A stretch of 64,000 nucleotides of DNA from Mayamaea pseudoterrestris. Lineage: Eukaryota. How positions within the stretch are numbered: position 1 is the first letter of the stretch; each line of letters starts with the position of its first letter. This document shows, one piece after another, positions 53,566-63,314 of this stretch. Location: positions 930,001 through 994,000 of the forward strand of contig BROI01000008.1 of assembly GCA_027923505.1 (NCBI GenBank), given 5' to 3'. The position numbers were made by a program, and so were the translations under genes. Under the pieces are notes generated by a model that was not told where the DNA came from, did not search any database, and worked only from the letters and a program-made list of their open reading frames with translations.

Positions 53566-55089
53566 TTAACGGAGCGTCGCAGCCGCCATCTGACAAGAGT
53601 AAACAATTACTGCCAGTGGTGGCAGGATGCTGCTTCCGTTGGCCCGATCATCTTGCTGCATGAAAAACTTGTTTAAGATTTGCAGTGTTGGAGTCTTCGT
53701 CTCGTTCGACACTATAAAATGCCGAAAACTGTACCAAATACAAACAGCATAAGTGCCATAGACGGCTGCCCAGAGGCTGATGAACTTCAACGACGTGTCC
53801 GACAGCGCAATCGCGCACATGCCGTAAACAAACGTCCTCACCACCGGTGGCAGGTGCTTGGTTGCAACAGGAACAGATAGGGCTCCAATCAACAAAATAA
53901 TGCATATTAACCCATGCATGGCGTAACAAGAGGATTTGGAAACGCTGGCGCTCGCTATCGACAGGTAATTGTATGCTCCACCCAATGGCGAAAGCAAGTA
54001 AGCCGTCCAAGAGCTGTCATCTACGACCGACGTCGCTACTGGAGAGCATCGATCTGAAAATCGAAGAAGAAGCGTCTGAAGTACTCCGTACAAGCCATCT
54101 CGGTAGACGAGGCGGCCTTGAAACAAAAGACTAGCTGAAACGCGACAGATGAGCAACCAAAAATAGGAAGTCGCAAGCGTCGTATACGATCGCTCCCGAG
54201 CGGCGTAAATCTTGACCAGCCAGTCCTTGTCTTGATCAGACGTCCTTAACATCTCTTTGTGCCGCCGCTCCGTGTGTTCAAAGTCTTGCTCTCTATGATG
54301 CGACTGAATAACATGGCTTCGGTACTCGCGATATTCTTGCATCCGCTCCTTCTCATGCAGACTGACGCGACCAATCGCAATGTGGCAAACAGTGTCATCA
54401 TTCACCGTCATGCCAGCTTTAGCAAAAGCTATCTTGTAGGCAACGACATGACCAGCCACTTGTTCGGCATCCGCTTCACTATCCTGTCGTGAGAAGGGAA
54501 CAACTCGCGAGGCTGGGTACAAGGCCATTGCTTGGCTCGTTGGCGAGTGTTGCTCGTGCTGCGGTCGACTCGCCGTCGAATCGTCTTCATCAACCAAGTC
54601 GTGTTGGCAGTCGTCGGTCGTAATGACCTTAGGAACAAGATAATGGTTGCTACAATTCTTTGGTGGGGTTGTATTCACGACAACGACGCTTGGCTCCGTA
54701 CGGTTCGAGCGAAGCATTACAATCTCGGTCTTGTCAACAATTTCCCTTCCCTTCTTCTTATTCGTCTTATGCGTGTGGCGAAATGACAAGCACTTTATTG
54801 CAACCAAGAGCGCAAGACTCAAGGCAAGGCAACACGCAGTCATCTTTACGACTCCATCTAACGAAACGCCAAACCAAACATGTGAATTGCGCCATGGTTC
54901 AATTCGTTCAGTCGGGACAATTCTTATTGCATGAACCGTTCGACCACTACCCACCACTGATAACGTTGAGTCGTCGCCGTCACCAACATTTAACACATCA
55001 GCCCAAAAGGCATGTCGCGCCGAAGGCCCATCGTCGTCGTCGTCGTCTTCGTTGTTCGCCATGGCGATGGTGTTCCGAGCCGGTGGCAT
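53566..55089 (-). CDS. Hypothetical multi-pass membrane protein
   Basis: 507-aa ATG-initiated ORF with several hydrophobic segments. No family recognised. Confidence 0.6.
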   Translation of the reverse strand: MPPARNTIAMANNEDDDDDDGPSARHAFWADVLNVGDGDDSTLSVVGSGRTVHAIRIVPTERIEPWRNSHVWFGVSLDGVVKMTACCLALSLALLVAIKCLSFRHTHKTNKKKGREIVDKTEIVMLRSNRTEPSVVVVNTTPPKNCSNHYLVPKVITTDDCQHDLVDEDDSTASRPQHEQHSPTSQAMALYPASRVVPFSRQDSEADAEQVAGHVVAYKIAFAKAGMTVNDDTVCHIAIGRVSLHEKERMQEYREYRSHVIQSHHREQDFEHTERRHKEMLRTSDQDKDWLVKIYAARERSYTTLATSYFWLLICRVSASLLFQGRLVYRDGLYGVLQTLLLRFSDRCSPVATSVVDDSSWTAYLLSPLGGAYNYLSIASASVSKSSCYAMHGLICIILLIGALSVPVATKHLPPVVRTFVYGMCAIALSDTSLKFISLWAAVYGTYAVCIWYSFRHFIVSNETKTPTLQILNKFFMQQDDRANGSSILPPLAVIVYSCQMAAATLR

Positions 55090-55625
55090 TGTGAAAGGCT
55101 AACGCGTGCGTGCGTGACAAGTTACGACTGAATGAGAAACTACGTTGAGACTCTTCTCAGCAATGTGAATTGAATCGTCGCAGCGAGTACTGAAGCGTCG
55201 CACGAGAATGTGAAAGCGCCTCGAATGTTTCTCTCAAGGTCGCGTGCTGGATTCGCTAAACCGCTCGTGTATGGCGAGCGAAAAATGTGTGTTCCCTCGA
55301 AAGTCTGAAAGGATCGACTCGCGTGTCTCCCGAGCTTTTAGCGAATCACTATCTTTTTGAAGATTGTTTGGCACGTTCAACTCGTAAATGTATTCGTCCG
55401 TGAGACAACTAGGAATACATGAGCGGCAGCAGTGTCATGGTGGAAACGTGACGGGTTGGTGGGAGTTCCGTCGCAGAAACGCATGTCGTTCCGTTACTTA
55501 AACTCTGTCGTTCCGGTATCAAAGATACGTGTGACACGTGGAATGGAAAACGCCGCGACGGCTTTTTCCTCGCGACTTTCCAACCTTTTGGAACGACTGC
55601 TGAGGATTCAAACATTGCGATAACC

Positions 55626-58537
55626 ATGAGAGTTTCTCGCTTAGCCCTGAATGGGCTCCTTGCCGTTGCTGCTGTCCTATGCTTTAATAGTCATGGTAGG
55701 TAGAGATTCAATATATGCTTTACGACAGCTCTGGACGCATTGGATCCAAAAACAATGCAGCGTGGTCGTCATGACCATCAAAAATTGGTTGATCGACGAC
55801 ATTCTGCTAACTGAATGCATACTTCTATAACAGGCATTGCATTTACTTCCGCGCAAGAGGCAACGTCAACTGCTGAAGCTGCTGCAACAACGACGTTAGA
55901 CCCAAACTCTGCTGCTGCTTCGCCTCCACCCGACGCGGAAACCTTTTCGTTTGATGCGCAAGTGGATAAAATGCTCCACATTGTGGTGAATTCCTTATAT
56001 CAGACACCTTCCATCTTTATTCGCGAACTCATTTCCAACTCGGCAGATGCGCTTGACAAAATTCGATACTACTTGCTGACCGAGCCCGAAAAATACAAGT
56101 CGACTGACATTGACTTTAAGGTGGAGATTGAATATGATGCTGAGAAAAAGACTTTGACGGTGCGAGATACTGGCGTTGGAATGACAAGGGAAGACATGAT
56201 TGCAAATTTGGGAACTGTAGCTAGATCGGGAACCACCAAGGTGAGTGGTGGAAGGAGGTCTTCGGTGGATTGCATGGATCTCTAGCCTCAAGTCGCTCAC
56301 TCTCGTCTTCCTTTCTATACATTATTATCAGTTTGTAGAGGCGCTCAAGGAGAGCGGAAATGCTGATGCAACCATGTCGCAGATTGGTCAATTTGGTGTT
56401 GGTTTCTACTCGACATTTTTGGTAGCCGACAAGGTTTCGGTGGCTTCCAAGGTACGTGACGAAAAGACGACGAGTGATGATGCTTGGCTGTCCCTCAACA
56501 AAGTTTACTCACTTTTTTTTTGCACTTTGTCAGAATCCGACGGATCCTATTCAGCATGTTTGGGAGTCGAGCAACGGATCGAGTGACTTTACCGTTTACC
56601 CCGATCCACGAGGAAACACGCTTGGGCGCGGAACTGAAATTACTCTTCATCTTAAGGAGGATGCGCTTGAGTACACGGACCCAAACCGACTCAAAAGCTT
56701 GGCGCAACACTACTCAGAGTTTGTCATGTACCCCATTTCTCTGCGGACGACGCACACTATTGAAGTCGAAGACGATGAGGACGATGATGTTACTGAAAAA
56801 ACCCCACAGTCCGACGAAGATTTGGAAGTATCTGACGAGGACGAGCCAGTAGAAAAACCAAAGAAGATGAAGGAGGTGACATCGTATGAATGGGAGCGCT
56901 TAAATAGCAATCAAGCGATTTGGACGCGCGACAAGGACGAGATTACGGACGATGAGTACCAGGCATTCTATCATGTAAGTGAACCTTGAAGGCAGTTGGC
57001 ACCCACTGAACTTCGAAACTATATACTTAACTATTGTTCTTCGTCCTTGTTCCTTGTTGAATTGCAGGTGCTCTCGGGCAGCGAATACACGAATGCTACA
57101 ACATGGGTGCACTTTAACGCGGAAGGAAACATTAATTTTAAGTCGATTCTTTATCTGCCGGAGGACATTCCTGCTTCCTACCGCTACGGTAACATTGACA
57201 CTGTGACAAGTGCGATGAAACTCTACGTTCGTAAGGTATTGATTGGCGACGATTTTGATGTCATGCCCAAGTACCTTGGCTTCATTCGTGGTATCATTGA
57301 CAGCGAGGACCTGCCGCTTAACGTAAACCGCGAAACGCTACAGGAGACCAAGATATTGCAAGTTATTAAGAAGAAGGTTGTCCGAAAGGCTATTGATCTT
57401 ATCGCGCAGTTTGCTCGGGACAGTGAAGAAGAGGCAGCGAAAGCCAAGGGCGAGAAGGACGAGGAGGGAAATGACGTTATTGCGGCGAACAAGTACATTG
57501 AGTGGTACAAGAAGTTTTCTCCGAATATCAAACTAGGTATGATTGAAGACGAACCAAACCGCGCCAAGCTGGCGAAGCTTGTTCGATACCCTACGTCGAA
57601 ATCCAAAGGCGAACTCGTTTCTTTGAGCCAATACGTGGAGAACATGAAGGATTGGCAGAGGGAGATTTTTGTCATCGGTGGAACCAACGTTGAAGAAATA
57701 GAGAAAAGTCCCTTTATCGAGACCTTCCGCGAAAAAGACGTCGAAGTAATTTATATGACTGACGCGCTTGACGAATATTTGGTCCAAAACGTTCGAGACT
57801 TTAACGGTAAGAAGTTTGTTCAGGCGACATCGGAAAGTGTCAAATTTAAGGATGAAGACGAAGACTTGACGAAGCGACGGGAAAAAGTGTACAAGAAGAA
57901 GTTTACTCCCTTGACCAAGTGGCTTAAGAAGCTCGTTGGAAACAGTGTCCTGCGTGTCCAGGTTGCCAAGCGAGGTTTGGGCTCAGTGCCTGCTATTGTC
58001 TCTAGTTCGGAGTACGGCAACAGCGCAAACATGGAGCGCATTATGCGCGCCCAAGCCTTTCAGCACGGAGTTGATCCATCGGGCATGATGTCCATGCGCG
58101 TCTTCGAAATTAATCCTCGGCACCCGCTCATCATCAAGCTCTTGGAAGGTTGCCCACCCGAAAACGACAAGGAAGGCGATGAAGCTTTTAATGTTTCTCA
58201 AGAAACTATTGATGCTGCGATGATGATTCATGACATGGCAATGTTGGCTGGTGGATTTCCTATTAGCGATTTCAAGGGACACAACCGCCGGCTGTCGAAG
58301 ATTTTGAAAGAGAAGATGGGACTGGAAAGCCTCAAGCTAGAACCGGAGTTGGATCCACCTGTGGAGGACGATGAAGTTCCCGACGGAGAAGACATTGGCG
58401 GAGGCTTGAACATGGAAGACTTTGCGGGATTGAATATGGAAGACTTTGGCGGCGGCGCAAACTTTATGAGCGCTGACGATTTGAAAAACATGAACTTTGA
58501 CCTTGGTGACATGATGGCAGACAATGATGAGCTTTAG
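55626..58537 (+). CDS. HSP90B1: ER Hsp90 / endoplasmin (GRP94) (5 exons)
   Basis: Signal peptide [69 protein letters not shown] and C-terminal NDEL. Introns 55696-55833, 56241-56331, 56452-56533 and 56975-57067. Confidence 0.95.
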
Positions 58538-58700
58538 TTATGATAAAATGTATAGCAATGATTGTCAAAAGTTTCCGAATCCCCTTCTTACAATTGAGAG
58601 CAATCCGCAGTAGTAAGTTGATGGTTCCATTGCCGCTCCGACATTTACATGAGCGCGCCTCCACTAAAACTTGCTCCCCAGCTCCAAATCGATGTTCATC

Positions 58701-60685
58701 ATGGCGATCCAGGGAATCATCAAACCACCACCAGAGATCCGTGCTGTGGCGGACCGAACAGCTTTGTATGTCGCTAAGAATGGACGAGCATTTGAGTCGA
58801 GGATTCTGAATAGCGATAAGGGCAAGACGCCAAAGTTTTCCTTTTTGCAGGTGACGAGTCCATTTCACGAGTATTACGAAGAAAAAGTAAAGTTCTACGA
58901 GAGTGGTGGGACAGACGAGAAGGAAGAGAAGAAGGAAGAAGAAAAGAAAAATTTGGAACTTGCCGAAGAGAAAGTACGCCAGACTGAGAAGCAAGAAAAG
59001 ACGCAACGCGCAAGTGCCATTGATCCGATTGCCAAGGCCTTGCTCGACCAACGATCCAAAATCAAGCAGCGCCGCGCGGCTGAGGAAAGACCAGAAACTA
59101 AAGATGAAACTGGTGTTCTAGACCTGCCATCGTCGATATCTCGTCCTGCTCTGCAGTTTATCAATATCGTGGCCCCGGCCTCGCTATCGATTGCGGAGGT
59201 TGAGGCGATACAGCTCGTTGCCCAATTTACTGCCTTGGATGGACGCAATGGGACGTTCCTTTCGCAACTCATTCACCGCGAATGGAACAATCCGCGCTTT
59301 GCGTTTGCACAGCCTCGTCATGGACACTTTGCGTACTTCAGCTCGCTTGTGGACGCCTACCGAACGATTCTCACGAACTGGACTGCTCCAGCAGGAGTCT
59401 CGACGGACTATGTCAAGGATCTGTCTGGCAACGTCGACAAATGTTTGGAAACTGCTGCATACTGGGCCGAGATTGAACGGGACGAGGAAGAGCGAGCTCG
59501 TAACGAAGATGCGCCGAACGCTGGTGCCATGATTGATTGGCAGGATTTCATTGTTGTCGAGACAATTGACTTTGGAGCACATGAAACTGTGGACATGATG
59601 CCACCTCCGCCACCTGCTGTGCTTTCGCAACATGCAGCGGTTGTTGACGAGGGCATGGATGTTTCAGAAGACGAAGATGAACAAATTCGAGTGGTACCGT
59701 CGTATCAACCAAAGATTGCGACCCAGGCGGCACCTGCTGCAATGGTTATTGATCCTATCACTGGCAAAGCTGTCGCTGCCAAGGACATGTCTGAACACAT
59801 GCGTATTCAATTGCTTGATCCTAAATGGGCGGAAGAGAAGAAGAAGTTCCAGGAGAAGCAAAAGGATAGCAATCTCGTCTCGGGCGATGTGGTTGCGGCC
59901 AATCTCTCTCGCTTCACGCAGGCCATAGGCGAATCGAGGGTAAGTATACTCATTCCTGGCTGTATTGAGTGTACACTAATTATTTATTGGTTGTATACTA
60001 ATGGCGCCTTCTTCTACAGGACCAAGACTTTCTGAGCCAAGCCGAATCGAAGAAGAAACTTGATGAAGCAAACCGTATCCTTCGCGCACAAGGTCAGGGT
60101 GCCACTGTCGGCCCAGCTTTACCGCAGCAGCAGCGACCAAGAACCGGCCCATCCCGTCCCGGTCCGACCATTGGAGAAGCAGAGCCCGACGCCAAGCGTG
60201 CCAAGGTACAAGTCACGCATATCGAGGCACCGACCATACCAACTATTCCACTGCCTCCCGGCTTTGATGGTCAGACGTCGATAACAGGAACCGATGACCC
60301 ATTTGCTGCTGCAGGAACTGCACTCATGACAGGAGCGATAGAATCAGACGCGAAGCCGCTTCTTCCCGAAGCCGACTTTGTGGCATCGTTGGACAAGCCA
60401 GACGTCACGCTGCAAATTCGCATTCCAAATGACTCCACCCAAATCGCTTGGAACTTTTACGGCCAAATTGTAGCTCAGATTGCAAATGTCATGTCAACAA
60501 TCAAGAGTGTCAAGCAAGAGCTCTCCCAGAAGCATTTAAACAACATGCCGGCCAATAAAATCCAGCTGAAGAATCAAGCAACTGGATCGTTCTTAAAAGA
60601 CGGGTCAACGCTTGCCGCGTTAAATCTGGGACCGACGGCATCCCTGGAGCTAGTACCACGCGCAAGAGGCGGAGGTCGTAAATAG
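58701..60685 (+). CDS. SF3A1: Splicing factor 3A subunit 1 (Prp21) (2 exons)
   Basis: Two SURP domains (GIIKPPPEIRAVADRTALYV; IQLVAQFTA), IDWQDFIVVETIDF, EHMRIQLLDPKW and a C-terminal ubiquitin-like domain ending RGGGRK. Intron 59940-60019. Confidence 0.95.
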
Positions 60686-60772
60686 TTCGTCTGGCCAGGT
60701 CGATGTAAATCGCAACGTTGTGTGAGCTTGAATTTTGCAAACAAATGATTACGCACGACAAGTAAAAAGCAT

Positions 60773-60886
60773 TCTTATCAGTAGTAATATAACAGGAACA
60801 ACAGTATTCTACATCGAACCTTGTTGACAGCCCATTTTGGACGTCGATTCTCGTAGCGAGCTGGGTGTATGTTTACATCATAAAGA
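60773..60886 (-). ncRNA. Box C/D snoRNA, U29/snR71-like (LSU Am2946 yeast numbering); 3' end uncertain
   Basis: Box C-like ATGATGT (60881-60875). Guide ACCCAGCTCGC (60866-60856) is complementary to LSU GYGAGCUGGGU and is followed by T and D' ACGA, so the +5 rule hits the A. Candidate box D CTGA at 60781-60778. Confidence 0.68.
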
Positions 60887-61021
60887 CCCTGCAGCAAATG
60901 TTGACAACGCTGTACGAGAGCTTACCTCTTCAGCGACGTCAGGACGATCACTGCAACAGCAAACAGATGACATAAGTGAGACATCTGGACAAACGAATTG
61001 ATCATTACATTGATAAAGTGC

Positions 61022-61107
61022 CATCGATCGGTTTGAATAACTGTTTGAAAGAGTATCGTCAGAGAAAATCGGACTGGGGCGGCAATCAACAACTCGTCAC
61101 TTCGATG
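61022..61107 (-). ncRNA. Box C/D snoRNA, U31/snR67-like (LSU P-loop Gm2619 yeast; E. coli G2251 equivalent)
   Basis: 6-bp terminal stem CATCGA/TCGATG, box C GTGACGA, guide TGCCGCCCCAGT plus D' CCGA, C' CTGACGA and D CCGA. The +5 rule hits the second G of CUGGGG. Confidence 0.88.
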
Positions 61108-61291
61108 TGTCTGCAAGAAATGTAGCTATTCTGCTTCATCACCTTACCTGTAATCCTCTTATTCTCGGTATGTATGCACTCTCTGCCATGCTTGTCTAAG
61201 TGATAAGAGAATGACAATGCGGTGAGTTTCAAAGTTGCTCGTTGCTGTGCACCAGCGTCGTCCTCTTGACAGTTTCTTCTTTCGTCCGCGT

Positions 61292-61371
61292 CAAGAGTCA
61301 GTGTAACTATGACAATATACAATCACGGCGAATCGCTCAAGCTGTAACATTAAAGTTTCGTCATTCTCTCG
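61292..61371 (-). ncRNA. Box C/D snoRNA, U46/snR63-like (LSU helix 69 Am2256 yeast; E. coli A1913 equivalent)
   Basis: Stem CGAGAG/CTCTTG and box C ATGACGA. Guide GTCATAGTTAC (61313-61303) is complementary to GUAACUAUGAC and is followed by A and box D CTGA. Confidence 0.88.
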
Positions 61372-61399
61372 CGTGTATGGACCGCTTTCAAGTTCGTGC

Positions 61400-61501
61400 T
61401 GACCGATCAGAGTATATTGAAAGGATGGATTCATCAATCGCTCGGACAAACAAGCGTCAAGAAGGGGAATCCGAAATCTCATTCTCTCTTCATTTCGATC
61501 A
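61400..61501 (-). ncRNA. Box C/D snoRNA, family unassigned, with LSU-complementary element
   Basis: 7-bp stem TGATCGA/TCGGTCA, box C ATGAAGA, D' CCGA, C' TTGATGA and D CTGA. The 13-nt element TCGGATTCCCCTT is complementary to conserved LSU AAGGGGAAUCCGA. Confidence 0.8.
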
Positions 61502-61848
61502 AGCTTCACGACTTCTCTCTATCTTAGTATTCGTTGTCTCTTTCTTACCTTCGTCCATCTACCAAGGAAGAAACGATGGAGTTGCCCGCTTTGCACATGG
61601 TCCAATTGTGCGGAATTTTTTGAGTGGTGGTCGTCGAAACAATGTGTGTCGCATGTGTCGCATGAGAACCGAAGCGACGCTTGGAATGCGAAATCTCGTC
61701 GCATTTGGATCGAGCGATACATCCATCATGCATTCAACCAGCTGTCGCACTTCCTGCCATTAATATTAATCGCGTCGCGCCTATCGTTTCAGTCTCTGAT
61801 TCGATATCGCTAGAGCTTCTCTCAGTGCGGCATCAAAACTTCGAGCAA

Positions 61849-62745
61849 ATGGCTCAAGACCACAATGATCAAGACGAATCAGCATGGGATTGTTTGTCGA
61901 GCTACCTTGCCGAACCCGTTTCCACTCACTTTTCTCGACAACGATGCCCTGGTTGCCATGCATCCGTGACAATTTACTGTCACGATTGCTTGGACGTCAT
62001 GTTGCCTCGAGAAACTTGGCCAGCATCGGTTGCTGCCCAAGCTCTCCGACTCCCCTTTCAGCTTGACATTTTGCTCGACGATCGACGAGCGTCGTCTACC
62101 GGAGTACAAGTGGCGAGCATACTAAAAGCGGCAGGTCAAGAAACTAGCTTTAGAATATATGATCTCACCAAATGTGAGGACGATAAAGCTCTTCCAGATT
62201 ACACATCCACCGACGCCGACGACAACCATGATGGCACCTACCTACTCTTTCCTGACAGCTCGGCAGTAACACTTTCATCCGTTATCAAAAGTGGCAAACC
62301 AATCAAGCGTATCATTGTCATGGACTGCAAGTGGTCTAAATTTAGCAAAACTTTGGTTTTGCCTTTACACAAGGCAGTGGCGGATGTACCTCGCATCAAG
62401 CTTGAACTACCAGCGCACGTTGAGTCATTCTACTGGCGATGGCACAATGCGGGGGACGGTGCAGTCAGTACAATCGAAGCCATTTATTATGCGGCCCATC
62501 AAATTAGCGGAAAGTGTGTTTTGAATCAGCAAGAAAATGTCACAGCTAGCATGGATATACTGGACATATTTTGGCTGTTTCGCTTGCAGCGAAATATAAT
62601 TGCAAACCGATATGAGCAAGAATCGATTGAAAACCGGCGAGCATTTCCATTTTCGGCAGAGGGTAAGGAGTACAATCGTGCTTTACGTCGGGGACACAGT
62701 TTACAGCAGGCAGAGTCGGAACTGGACGTTGCAATGGAGGGTTAG
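61849..62745 (+). CDS. DTW-domain protein (DTWD1-like tRNA-uridine aminocarboxypropyltransferase)
   Basis: RQRCPGC..YCHDC zinc-like motif, LPFQLDI, SSTGVQ, LLFP, DCKW (DxTW variant), SFYWRW and STIEAIYY. Confidence 0.8.
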   Translation: MAQDHNDQDESAWDCLSSYLAEPVSTHFSRQRCPGCHASVTIYCHDCLDVMLPRETWPASVAAQALRLPFQLDILLDDRRASSTGVQVASILKAAGQETSFRIYDLTKCEDDKALPDYTSTDADDNHDGTYLLFPDSSAVTLSSVIKSGKPIKRIIVMDCKWSKFSKTLVLPLHKAVADVPRIKLELPAHVESFYWRWHNAGDGAVSTIEAIYYAAHQISGKCVLNQQENVTASMDILDIFWLFRLQRNIIANRYEQESIENRRAFPFSAEGKEYNRALRRGHSLQQAESELDVAMEG

Positions 62746-62792
62746 TGTGTATTTTAAGAATGACAACCACCTCAATTTAGAAGTTTTAGAGT

Positions 62793-63314
62793 TTATACAA
62801 CTGGATCACTGGCCTTGGTGTAAAATGAGATCAGTGCATCTGCCCGCTCCATCATATTCACTATTTTCAGCGACAAATCCTTCTTTCGTTGCTTCACCAG
62901 ATCATTATCCGATAGCACAGTGTCAACGCTTGCTGCCAATAGATCCAAGTTATGACTTAACACTGCCAACTCCTGTCTTAGGTCAGCTGTCATCGGTTGA
63001 ACGTTTTTCTGCCACTCAATCAATATTGATGAAAAATTGGATTCTTCGGCCAAGTGTGCATTGTCCAAGGCGACTTCGAGCGCACGGATCGTGGTTTGCA
63101 GTGTCCTGGCATTGTTACTGGCATCATCTAAGGCTTCATGTGGCACCCTCGATTCTAGGGGATATGGCGAACCCTCCCATAGTAAACGTAATGTTCCATC
63201 ATAGCCATGTCGAGAAAGCAGTCTGTAAATGTAGAATGATGACGCGCTGAGAATAGTGGCAGTCACCACTCGTGCCCATGGGACAGCTGTGTGGTGGGGT
63301 GGTATTTTTATCAT
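62793..63314 (-). CDS. Small N-terminally membrane-anchored protein with BAG-like C-terminus
   Basis: N-terminal hydrophobic segment. LL..VD.V......KQRKKDL...I..M...D.L resembles BAG-domain helices. Confidence 0.6.
   Translation of the reverse strand: MIKIPPHHTAVPWARVVTATILSASSFYIYRLLSRHGYDGTLRLLWEGSPYPLESRVPHEALDDASNNARTLQTTIRALEVALDNAHLAEESNFSSILIEWQKNVQPMTADLRQELAVLSHNLDLLAASVDTVLSDNDLVKQRKKDLSLKIVNMMERADALISFYTKASDPVV

Larger units (their letters stand above)
60691..61570 (-). ncRNA. Putative spliced snoRNA host transcript (ends approximate)
   Basis: Three minus-strand AG|GTAAG donors (introns start 61548, 61147, 60925). CTCAC-type branch points precede acceptors at 61196, 60951 and possibly 60691. 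Internal exons are 48 and 25 nt. Each intron contains C/D snoRNA(s). Confidence 0.72.

Noticed and set aside
55696..55833. Hairpins followed by ACA in GRP94 intron 1 as an H/ACA snoRNA
   Set aside because: The two candidate hairpins overlap and there is no H box between them.
60889..61147. Two apparent 37-nt minus-strand introns (61147-61111 and 60925-60889)
   Set aside because: They are far shorter than the other introns here and lack clear branch points. Downstream acceptors with CTCAC branch sites place the snoRNAs inside normal introns.
61242..61763. 173-aa plus-strand ORF and other small ORFs in 60.7-61.8 kb
   Set aside because: They have no recognisable domains, the 173-aa ORF has a non-ATG start, and the region is better explained by minus-strand snoRNAs.
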